A stretch of DNA of 59,840 bases from contig JBLHGI010000002.1 in the NCBI GenBank assembly GCA_047616505.1, positions 1 through 59,840 of the forward strand, in the 5' to 3' direction. Shown piece after piece: positions 8,278-16,650 of the stretch. A program made the position numbers and the translations under genes. The number at the start of each line of letters is the position of its first letter. Within the stretch, counting starts at the first letter, position 1. This stretch comes from Planctomycetota bacterium. Lineage in GTDB: Bacteria; Latescibacterota; UBA2968; UBA8231. The notes beneath the pieces are model-generated. The model was not told the DNA's origin and did not search any database. It worked only from the letters and a program-made list of their open reading frames with translations.

Positions 8278-10686
8278 TTATTCGCTTTTTTTGACGGCGA
8301 ACGTAGCCAGTGCCGCAAACCACGCATCCCGCTCTTCGGATGAAGCCCAAAAATAGAATTTGCCGACGGCCCGTTCGACCGCCATTAGATCCACTAGGAA
8401 GTCATAGGCCGAATTCGACGCGCCTTCTTCGGCCAGTGTCGCCGCATTCTGCGCATCTAGGAGACCCAGTATATTCACTGCGCCGCGCCCGTAGGCATCT
8501 TTGACCAACTCGTAGTTCTTATTAGCCGCCACCGCTGCTGCTGCCGCTAGACTAATACCCGCATAGGAGGCACCCGCCATATGCAGCGACGAGCGGATGC
8601 GCTGCTCGACGCGCTCGGCCAGTGCCTGCCGCTGCAGACGCAATTGCTCTAACTCGGCCTGTGTCTGTTGCCTCAGCGCAGATTTTCCGCCACCGGAGTA
8701 GAGTGGAAAACTCAGGTTCAGCGCCACGTCCCAATGCGTATCGTCGCCACTGACGGGAAAGGGCAGCTCTCCCGGCGCCGGCGTTCCCGCCCCCTCACCC
8801 CCTTCGTACAGGGTATGGTGCAACTGGCCGCTCAGCGCTGCCGTCGGTGCCCACAGCGCCCGCGATGCCGCTTTTAGCGCCCGTTCGCGCGCGGCAATTG
8901 CCACGTCTAAACGCTGTAGTTCCGGCGCCGAGCTCAGCGCATCTTCGACCATATAGGCACGCAGTGTTCTAAAATTTTTCGGGCTCGCCATATAGTGCAT
9001 AAAGCGCGCGTCGTGCGCCACGAGTGCCTCGTCGTGTAAACCCGTCTCCTGCACGGAAAATGCTTCTTCCAATGGACGCTGCAAAAAGCGATTGAGCGCG
9101 ATCTCTGCTACGTTGCGCTGTGCATTGGCGTCGATGACAGAGCGGCGACTACTGGCAATCTGACTTTCCCAACGGTAGACCTCTGCTGGACCGGAGGCAC
9201 CGGTGAGTTTACGCATCCGCGCCAGTTCTAAATTGGAGCGCGTCAATTCGAGATTGTGCGCCTGCACCCGTTCTAACGTTTGCGCGCGCAGCACATTCAA
9301 ATAAGACGTGGCCGCAGCTAGAGCAATATCGAGCCGCAATTCGCGCAATTGCAGACGGCGCTCTTTTTTTAGATAGCGCTGTATATCGCGGTTGGCACGA
9401 GCCCCCTCGGCATAGAGCAGCTGCGTCAAAGTAGCGTTAGTTGTCAAGCTTTGCTCTGCCTGGCTCAAGAAACCGGCACGCGACTCGTCTATCACCACTC
9501 CCGTAGCCGCCAACTCTACCTGGGGCAGCAGATCCGCCGTCGCCTGTCGCACCCCATGCGCAGCCACCGTTATATCGCCAGCGCCTGCCAACAGATCTAA
9601 ATTGGCGCGCATAGCCTCCTGTACCGCCCCGACCAAGGTCAAGCGGCGCACATTTTGCGTGGACTCGCCCCCTACTAACTTGGCTTCTGTCAGTATGCCC
9701 CAACTCGGATCGGCCCCAACGGCCCGCACCGTGGCCATATTGAGCGTTAGCTGTTGGCGACGAGAAAATACCACCGGCAACTCTTCGGGTTTCTCGCCCA
9801 GCAGTATGCGCTGCACGCTCAGCGCCGTGCGCCGCACTAAACGCTCGACATCGGCCCCCGAATGCACTCCCATCATAAATCCCTGAGCTACCTGGTCCGT
9901 ACTCAACGCTGAAAAAGAAGGTATCCGGCGCTGGGCCAATGCCTGCGCTAGACCCTTTTCGCCTGCCAATGGCAAATACAAAGGCAGCGCGATAAAAACG
10001 CCGTCGACATCCGCAGGCAATCCCTCCATCAATGCGTCCACATCCCCCTCTACAGGCAAGGGCACAGCCTCGATACCCACCTGAGCAGCTTCGTCTATAT
10101 GATGTTGTACGAGCTCCGGTATGGCGCGACCAATCGCACCGGCATAGAGCATAGCCACACGCTTTATGGGCACGACCTCGGCAAAGACTTCTAAATCGTT
10201 CTGGATATCGGAGGGGAAAACCACATAGCTCAGATTCGCCACGCCGCTAAACTGCCCGTGCAGCGGAATTCCCTGCACAGAAGCATTGATAACGACCGGC
10301 GCCAATACAGGTTTTGGCAAAGAGCTACGGCGCCCCGCTTCGTGCGATGCCAACACGCCCCCAGCAACCACCATATCAACTTCTGGGTCAGCTAGTAGGC
10401 GATCGAGTGCGCGCGCAACGCCTGTAGCACTCGCATCGGCAACGAGCGCTTTGTCGGCGGGAAAGCGCACGTCGAATTCACCGCGAGTCAATTCGACGAC
10501 CTCGCGCTCAAAGAGCGCGCGCACTTGTTGGTGATCCATACTCCAAGGTCCGTCAATCACGATGCCGATGCGCACGGGAGCGCCTTGGGCAAAGGCCCAC
10601 GTCTGGCTGCACAATAAGATGCATAGTACCTGCGTGCACCTGCGCACTAGCAATACAAGGCTCATAAAATTCTCGCTAATTTGCAC
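8278..10686 (-). CDS. TolC-family outer-membrane efflux protein with an N-terminal ~330-aa periplasmic-binding-protein-like (ABC_sub_bind-like) domain
   Basis: 802 aa with a signal peptide. The N-terminal half is alternating beta/alpha, PBP type-I-like (VRIGIVIDGP.., VDMVVAGGV.., RVAMLYAG.., VDGVFIALP..). The C-terminal ~450 aa is a typical TolC double repeat (LTLVGAVQEAMRANLDLL.., LLPQVELAATG.., WDVALNLSFPLYSGG). Confidence 0.8.
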   Translation of the reverse strand: MQISENFMSLVLLVRRCTQVLCILLCSQTWAFAQGAPVRIGIVIDGPWSMDHQQVRALFEREVVELTRGEFDVRFPADKALVADASATGVARALDRLLADPEVDMVVAGGVLASHEAGRRSSLPKPVLAPVVINASVQGIPLHGQFSGVANLSYVVFPSDIQNDLEVFAEVVPIKRVAMLYAGAIGRAIPELVQHHIDEAAQVGIEAVPLPVEGDVDALMEGLPADVDGVFIALPLYLPLAGEKGLAQALAQRRIPSFSALSTDQVAQGFMMGVHSGADVERLVRRTALSVQRILLGEKPEELPVVFSRRQQLTLNMATVRAVGADPSWGILTEAKLVGGESTQNVRRLTLVGAVQEAMRANLDLLAGAGDITVAAHGVRQATADLLPQVELAATGVVIDESRAGFLSQAEQSLTTNATLTQLLYAEGARANRDIQRYLKKERRLQLRELRLDIALAAATSYLNVLRAQTLERVQAHNLELTRSNLELARMRKLTGASGPAEVYRWESQIASSRRSVIDANAQRNVAEIALNRFLQRPLEEAFSVQETGLHDEALVAHDARFMHYMASPKNFRTLRAYMVEDALSSAPELQRLDVAIAARERALKAASRALWAPTAALSGQLHHTLYEGGEGAGTPAPGELPFPVSGDDTHWDVALNLSFPLYSGGGKSALRQQTQAELEQLRLQRQALAERVEQRIRSSLHMAGASYAGISLAAAAAVAANKNYELVKDAYGRGAVNILGLLDAQNAATLAEEGASNSAYDFLVDLMAVERAVGKFYFWASSEERDAWFAALATFAVKKSE

Positions 10687-10692
10687 CTAGGT

Positions 10693-11433
10693 TTACACGG
10701 CCTTCAGGCCGGCCTGTTCTCCAAGTAATTCCAAACCCGAACCACCCAACAACCACAACAACCACAGCACGCCGAGCGCCCAGGTCGCGCGTTTAATACC
10801 GATGCCGCCCAGCACGGCCAACCCCGCGCCCATTATCCAAACCTGCCAGATATCAAAAAAATTAATGCCCAAAAGCACGCGTCCAAAGAACGTAGCAGAA
10901 GCCGCATCCCCGACAAATACCCCCGGTCCCGTATAGACAAAGGGCGAGTCGGCTGCTAAAATAAGCACGGCGCGCACCAACCATTCCGGCGCCACGACCA
11001 GCGTTGCATACGCCTTGATAATTAGTGCCTGACGAAAACTCAACTCGACATGGAATATAAAGCGAGCCACAGCCATCAGCAGACCGCCGACGATGACCAA
11101 CGAGGTAAAAAGCCCGACGGGGATCATGGTCAAACCCTGCGTGCGCAACATCTCCACGCTGCGAGTATACTGCTGGCGCTGCGCTTCATCGAGGCCGTCC
11201 AATCTCTCCTGCACCGCCGGCGTATCGAGACTACCGGCTACATCGACCGTCACGTAATGAGCCGCCAAAGCCACCAGACACGTAAAAGTGATGGGCAATA
11301 GCCAGTCCCAGGCACTCTCGCGCCCCACCACAGCGGTAAAACTCGTTTTCGGCGCATAAAAAACGCGCTGAAACCGCTCCAGCCAGCTCGCTTCTTTAGC
11401 GGCAAAACCCGATCCTTCCATCTTATCTCCCAT
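10693..11433 (-). CDS. Yip1-domain-like integral membrane protein
   Basis: 246 aa. N-terminal cytoplasmic segment (WLERFQRVFYAPKTSF) followed by about 5 hydrophobic helices, resembling the Yip1/DUF1282 layout. Function unknown. Confidence 0.55.
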   Translation of the reverse strand: MGDKMEGSGFAAKEASWLERFQRVFYAPKTSFTAVVGRESAWDWLLPITFTCLVALAAHYVTVDVAGSLDTPAVQERLDGLDEAQRQQYTRSVEMLRTQGLTMIPVGLFTSLVIVGGLLMAVARFIFHVELSFRQALIIKAYATLVVAPEWLVRAVLILAADSPFVYTGPGVFVGDAASATFFGRVLLGINFFDIWQVWIMGAGLAVLGGIGIKRATWALGVLWLLWLLGGSGLELLGEQAGLKAV

Positions 11434-11510
11434 ATTCTAAAGGCCACTGATTAGGGGTGCCACAGACCATAGACGCCCCTGATCATTAGATGTCATTAAT
11501 CATGGATGTG

Positions 11511-13880
11511 TCAAGACGCTGCCGGTCGATTTTCGCGCCTTGGCAAAGCAATGCGCACGCGGGTTCCGCGCCCCACTTCGCTACCGATTTCGATCTGCCC
11601 CCCGTGGTCTTGCACGATGCGATAGGCACTAGAAAGCCCGGCACCCAACTTGACACGGGTGCTATCCGTGCGAAAGCCAAAATCAAAGATGTGTTCCAAC
11701 TCTTCGCGCGCAATGCCCACGCCCGTGTCTTCGACCGTCACATAGACGCCGTCCTCTTCCTCGCCTGTGCTTATCTTGACATCCCCCCCCTGCTCTACAG
11801 CCTGCAGCGCGTTCTTTATAACATTGAGAAAGACCTGGTTGAGCTGGCCCGGCGCACAGTACAACCGCTCTATATTGCCATAGGCCTTTTCTATTTTGAT
11901 CACCGCACCCATCTGCGCATGCAATAGCGTCAACGCACTATCGAGACCATCGTGAATATCTGCGAGCTGGAACTCCGCTTCGTCTAACCGTGCAAAATTC
12001 TTTAGGCTACCGACAATATGTGCTATGCGCTGGCCCGCTTCGCGTACGACCCCGCTATTATCGCGCAAGAGCTGTAGGATCTGCGCAAAACGCCCATTCT
12101 CCCGTAGTGCCTCGATGCTCGGTGCTGCCTCTACCTGCTGTTCGATGTGCTCAGCACAGCGGCGCGACACGTCATTGGCCGCACCAATGGCACCGATGGG
12201 ATTATTGATCTCGTGCGCCAACCCCCCGACTAACCCGCCCAGTGAAGCCATCTTTTCTTGTAGAAAAATACGCTCCTGCGCCTGACTCAACTCGCGCAAT
12301 GTATCCTCTAACTCATCGTTTTTTTTCTGCAAATCGCGCGTGCGTTCCCGCACTCGTTCTTCCAAGGTGCGATTGACGTCGGCTAGTTTTTCGTTGGAGA
12401 CGCGCAGATCGAGCGCATAGGCGTTGACGGACTCGACCATGCGATTGAAAGAGCGCGCCAAAAAACCAATCTCGTCTTCTCCGCGCACCTCTACGCGCGC
12501 ATCCCAATCACCGCGATCGACTTTTTCCACCCCTACTAAGAGCGCGCGCAATGGCCTGAGCAACGCCGAACGAAAAAAGAGTGGAAACAAAAGTAGCGTC
12601 GCCGCTAGCGATCCGCAGATAAAGAGCAGCAAAGAGCGGGCAAAAGCGTGAATATACCAGGCATATAGCGCATGCGGATAGTGGACGGCATAGAGAAAAT
12701 CGTCCTCGACAAAATAGTAGAGCGAAAACTGCAGGCGCTGGCTGAGCAATCCCCCCACGCCGTAGCGGTGCTGCGCGTTGACCATCTGCGTGCGCGTAAC
12801 CTTCTGCCCTTCCTCCATTTTGACGGCATTGGCATCGGTCTCACCGGCGCGCAGACGCGCAATAATGCGACGAGTAAATTTGTCGGCCACATATTCGCGG
12901 TGAAAAGCATCGCGCTCGGCGCCGGCGCGCGTATAGACCGGCTGCGCCTGCGGGTCTTCCGCTTTTATATAATGCACATCTACAAAGAGTATATCGCGCG
13001 GCAAAGCGCTAAAATTGCCCGCCGCTACTACATCGCGATAAATCGCCAGCTCTTTGCGACGCTCGCGGTCGTATTCCCCCTCGAACTTCCACAGGACAAA
13101 ACTGGCCAAATCACCCATCGCCAGCATGACGGCGACAACGGCCAAACCAACTAATTTGACACCAAAGCTCGAAGGTTCGGGCGAGTTGTTGATATATACG
13201 AGCACGAAAGCAAAGAGAAAGACGATAAAACTAGCGGAGACGATTTGTAGCAATAGCTGCACCGAGAGCAGGCCCATACTCTCCAATAGCACGGCACTGC
13301 TCAAGACGAGCCAAACCAGGGTCAGGCCAGCAAAAGCGCGCAGCGCGCGCGCCTGCCGCCCACAGGGCGAATAACAGTGCCCCGCCATAGTCTGCTCCTC
13401 TTCGTCGCAGGAAAACAACATCATCTTGCGCACAAAGACAGCAATGACCCACAGCACATTGCCCACGAACACCACGCCGATCAGCGTATAGGCCGAAGAA
13501 GTGACCGGGTAGCTCCACGTAGCGCGCAACATATGCGCCAGCGTAGCTATATCGATAATGGCAAATAGCACTAGGGCAATACGCGGCTCGCGACCGTGGC
13601 GATTTTCGGGAAAAGCATAGGCAAATTGCATGAGCAGCAGCATGCTAACAGACATCGCCGCCCCCTGAAAAAAAGCCATATACAATACCCACGGCGCATC
13701 AATCGAGAGCAGCGCGAGATTGTTGAGCAAGGCTAAGGAGAGGGAAGCAAAAAAAGCGACGAGCAAACGCGTCGGTTTACTCTTTTTGCGCACGGTCACC
13801 AAATATCCCGTAATAAGTAGGGATAGCGACAGCTGAGTAAATGCCTGCACCGAATATTTGCTAAATAAAAGAAGATCCAT
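11511..13880 (-). CDS. Multi-TM sensor histidine kinase (N-terminal polytopic domain, sensor loop, HAMP, HisKA, HATPase_c)
   Basis: H-box LGGLVGGLAHEINNPIG, N-box NVIKNALQA, G-boxes DTGVGI and GAGLSSAYRIVQDHGG, HAMP-like PLRALLVGVEKVDRGDWDARV..FLARSFNRM. The ATG at 13880 (MDLLLFSKY) is preferred; the longer ORF reaches 13904. Confidence 0.9.
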   Translation of the reverse strand: MDLLLFSKYSVQAFTQLSLSLLITGYLVTVRKKSKPTRLLVAFFASLSLALLNNLALLSIDAPWVLYMAFFQGAAMSVSMLLLMQFAYAFPENRHGREPRIALVLFAIIDIATLAHMLRATWSYPVTSSAYTLIGVVFVGNVLWVIAVFVRKMMLFSCDEEEQTMAGHCYSPCGRQARALRAFAGLTLVWLVLSSAVLLESMGLLSVQLLLQIVSASFIVFLFAFVLVYINNSPEPSSFGVKLVGLAVVAVMLAMGDLASFVLWKFEGEYDRERRKELAIYRDVVAAGNFSALPRDILFVDVHYIKAEDPQAQPVYTRAGAERDAFHREYVADKFTRRIIARLRAGETDANAVKMEEGQKVTRTQMVNAQHRYGVGGLLSQRLQFSLYYFVEDDFLYAVHYPHALYAWYIHAFARSLLLFICGSLAATLLLFPLFFRSALLRPLRALLVGVEKVDRGDWDARVEVRGEDEIGFLARSFNRMVESVNAYALDLRVSNEKLADVNRTLEERVRERTRDLQKKNDELEDTLRELSQAQERIFLQEKMASLGGLVGGLAHEINNPIGAIGAANDVSRRCAEHIEQQVEAAPSIEALRENGRFAQILQLLRDNSGVVREAGQRIAHIVGSLKNFARLDEAEFQLADIHDGLDSALTLLHAQMGAVIKIEKAYGNIERLYCAPGQLNQVFLNVIKNALQAVEQGGDVKISTGEEEDGVYVTVEDTGVGIAREELEHIFDFGFRTDSTRVKLGAGLSSAYRIVQDHGGQIEIGSEVGRGTRVRIALPRRENRPAAS

Positions 13881-13987
13881 GCTACCACTCCGCGACCAAC
13901 GCACTGACGGGATTTATAATCCCCTGAAAAATTGACTCCTTTAATATAGCTCTGCAGCGAACACTCCCAAATGGCCGAGCTTGCGCG

Positions 13988-15436
13988 GTGTCACCTACTG
14001 GGCGATTCTTGCTATACGCTACCACTACAACACGGGGGGGTCGATCTATCGACACCAATAACGCGGGTAACACGAGCGGAAAATGCCTAGACCGGCGCCT
14101 AGACCGGCGCCTAGTCCGCCCCATATTTTCCCTCGCGACCCCCGTAGCCCTCTCCTCGCAGCTAGATACCCTAGTCGGCGTGGCCGACATCTATTTATTC
14201 GGCCACCTGGGTGCCGATGCCATCTCGGCCGTGGGCATCTCGCAAATTCTCACAATGGTCGTAGGCGTAGTAATGATCGCCGTATCTACCGGCGCCTTCG
14301 CCTTAGTTGCCCAAGCGACCGGCGCCAACGACCCACGCACCGTCAGTGCGACGACCAAACAGGCCCTAGTGCTCGTCGCACTCGTCAGTATAGGGCTCAG
14401 TTTCTTCGGCGTGGCCGGCGCCCGTTTAGCCCTCGAGTTACTGAGCATGCCCGCGGCCGTCGTCGAATTGGGCACGACCTACCTGCACGTCTTTTTCGCC
14501 GGCCTGGTATTTATGACGCTCAATTTTACGCTCAACAACTGTCTCTACGGCGCCGGCGATGCCCGCACACCGCTCTATCTCAACATTTTTATGAGCCTAC
14601 TAAAAGTAGGTCTGAGCTGCGCATTCATCTTTGGCATCGGCCCACTGCCCGCGCTCGGCGTCATGGGCGCCGCCCTGGCCACGGTGCTCAGCCGCGCCGT
14701 CGGTTTTTCGCTCTCCATCGCCCTAATAAAAACCAACCGCCTCAAGCTGCGCTTCTTTGCCGACACTTCTTTTGTCCCGGAAAAAGAGCGCGCACAGCGC
14801 ATGCTGCGCATCGGTATCCCCTCCGCGATCCAAGGGATTTTCCGCAACGGATCTGGCCTCGTCTTCGTCAAACTCGTCGCCCTTACAGCCAATCCCATTA
14901 CAGCCGTGGCCGCCTTTTCTATTGGCAACCAAGTCGAGCGGATCGTGCGCCGCACCTCGCTGGCCTTTGGCACCGCAGCAACGACCTTAGTCGGCCAACG
15001 TCTAGGAGCTGGAGACAAAGACGAAGCCGAACGCTGCGGCTGGACCGCTATGGTAGTGGGTAGTTTCAGCATGGCGATCTTCGGTGCCCCACTGGCTTTT
15101 TTTGCCGACCATATCATGGGGATCTTCACGCAAGACAGCGCCATCATCGAAGTAGGAGTCGTGTATATATGGGCGATTGTCTTGGCCGAGCCGCTACACT
15201 GCTTAGCCATTACAGCCGGCGGCGGGCTGCGCGGAGCCGGCGATACCAAACCCGCGCTATATTATACTGTTATTGGCCAGTGGTTGGTGCGTCTGCCGGT
15301 AGGTTATGCCTTGGCGTTTCACTTTGGTTATGACATCGAGGGGCTGTGGTTCTCGTTAATTGCCTTTAGCGCTCTGCAAGGCTGGTTAACGGCGCGGAAA
15401 TTCGCCCTCGGCGAGTGGAAGGAACGCGAACTATAG
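13988..15436 (+). CDS. MATE-family multidrug/toxin efflux transporter (start codon uncertain)
   Basis: 12-TM protein with MATE-type N-terminus (PIFSLATPVALSSQLDTLVGVADIYLFGHLG) and an internal repeat. The listed start is GTG. The first ~35 codons are hydrophilic and include a tandem DNA repeat, so the true start may lie downstream. Confidence 0.85.
   Translation: MSPTGRFLLYATTTTRGGRSIDTNNAGNTSGKCLDRRLDRRLVRPIFSLATPVALSSQLDTLVGVADIYLFGHLGADAISAVGISQILTMVVGVVMIAVSTGAFALVAQATGANDPRTVSATTKQALVLVALVSIGLSFFGVAGARLALELLSMPAAVVELGTTYLHVFFAGLVFMTLNFTLNNCLYGAGDARTPLYLNIFMSLLKVGLSCAFIFGIGPLPALGVMGAALATVLSRAVGFSLSIALIKTNRLKLRFFADTSFVPEKERAQRMLRIGIPSAIQGIFRNGSGLVFVKLVALTANPITAVAAFSIGNQVERIVRRTSLAFGTAATTLVGQRLGAGDKDEAERCGWTAMVVGSFSMAIFGAPLAFFADHIMGIFTQDSAIIEVGVVYIWAIVLAEPLHCLAITAGGGLRGAGDTKPALYYTVIGQWLVRLPVGYALAFHFGYDIEGLWFSLIAFSALQGWLTARKFALGEWKEREL
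14085..14120 (+). repeat. 12-bp tandem repeat x3 (gcctagaccggc, gcctagaccggc, gcctagtccgcc)
   Basis: Read directly. Two perfect units and one degenerate unit, encoding LDRR-LDRR-LVRP in the MATE frame, upstream of the first TM helix. Confidence 0.9.
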
Positions 15437-15444
15437 AAGCGCGT

Positions 15445-15854
15445 TCAACGCTTCTTGGGCGTGTAGAGCATCAGCGTGCCGATCTCTTTATAACCGACGA
15501 GAGGATAGATTTTCGCGCCCGCGTGGCTAGCCGTCAGCACGGCTCGTTCGGCATCGACTGCTCGATCGTCACACAGCATCCGACACAGCATAGCGCGGTC
15601 AATGCCCCGGCGGCGAAACGCGGGCTGCACCCACATCATCTAAGACCTGGCGCCGACCGGCCGCTTTGTTGAGACGCTGCGCCATATCTTGGTCGAGCAC
15701 ACGCGCGGAATCCTCTTTAAATCGTACACCATCAAAGCTTCTGTGGCATTCAGCCAATAGCCCAAACTGACTCAATGCGCTCAGCTACATACGGGTGCGT
15801 AAAAATCTGAGTAAAACAAAAACCGCGCGCAAAGACCTCTAGGGCCTGCGGCAT
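15445..15854 (-). pseudogene. Frameshifted GNAT-family N-acetyltransferase remnant
   Basis: The C-terminal piece (15445-15639) carries the acetyl-CoA motif VQPAFRRRGIDRAML. My hand translation upstream finds plausible continuation in two other frames: LSALSQFGLLAECHRSFDGVRFKEDSARVLDQDMAQRLNKAAGRRQV and MPQALEVFARGFCFTQIFTHPYVAERIESVWAIG. These are separated by stops, which implies at least two frameshifts. Confidence 0.5.
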
Positions 15855-15895
15855 GCTAGCGCCCGCCCTCTTCGCCACTGCTCTTTTTCCTCGTG

Positions 15896-16597
15896 CTATT
15901 CGTGCGGCCACTCGGCCCTTATGATGACGGGACGCAATATATCACGCCAAATTTCGTAGCCATTGCGATTCATATGCAACTTGTCTTCTTTAAAAATGTC
16001 TGCACGCGGTTTGTCCTCATCATCGAGCATGCCAGCGGCTACATCGACATATACCAGCCGTTTATCGCCCTCGCACTCCTCCGCAATAAGCGCATTGGCT
16101 TCCTGCATCCTCGACCACATATGCCAACGGCTCATACTGGGTTTTATCGATAAGAAATAGATCCGCGCCTCCGGATATTCCGCGTGTATTTTTTCGACAA
16201 AGGCGCGAAATGTCTGCAAGATCTTATCCGGTGCAATGCCCTGAGCTATATCGTTATCTCCCTCATAGAGAACGACGGCACGCGGTTTATAGGGCAGCAC
16301 AATACGATCGGCATAATAGAGCGCATCGTTCATATTGCTGCCGCCAAAACCACGCGGGATAATCGTCAATGGCGCCAAATCGTCGTATATGCCCTCGTGC
16401 CAACCGCGCATGCTCGACGACCCGATGCAAACGATGGCCTTCTTTGGCGGCATTTCCTCTTCGTCGGCCATCTCAAACTCGCGAATGGCTTCTTCAAAAC
16501 GCGCCGGATCGGGATACTCTTTACCACTATTCTGATCCTGAGCCAGCACGGTAGCGGCTGCTAATACGATACACAGCAGAGCAAAATAAATTCTCAC
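15896..16597 (-). CDS. Secreted SGNH/GDSL-family hydrolase (esterase)
   Basis: Signal peptide MRIYFALLCIVLAAATVLAQ. SGNH blocks GSSSMRGW (I), GFGGSNM (II), EGDNDI (III) and DKLHMNRNGY (V). Confidence 0.8.
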   Translation of the reverse strand: MRIYFALLCIVLAAATVLAQDQNSGKEYPDPARFEEAIREFEMADEEEMPPKKAIVCIGSSSMRGWHEGIYDDLAPLTIIPRGFGGSNMNDALYYADRIVLPYKPRAVVLYEGDNDIAQGIAPDKILQTFRAFVEKIHAEYPEARIYFLSIKPSMSRWHMWSRMQEANALIAEECEGDKRLVYVDVAAGMLDDEDKPRADIFKEDKLHMNRNGYEIWRDILRPVIIRAEWPHE

Positions 16598-16650
16598 GAG
16601 CCCACCTTCTTCCTATAAAAATGCATCTCCATTAAAAGCAATAAATCGCC

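Noticed and set aside
14083-15063. 326-aa ORF rich in Arg/Pro (MPRPAPRPAPSPPH...) overlapping the MATE gene in another frame
   Set aside because: It is an alternative-frame artefact of a GC-rich gene. The composition is low-complexity Arg/Pro/Ser, whereas the MATE frame gives a coherent 12-TM transporter.
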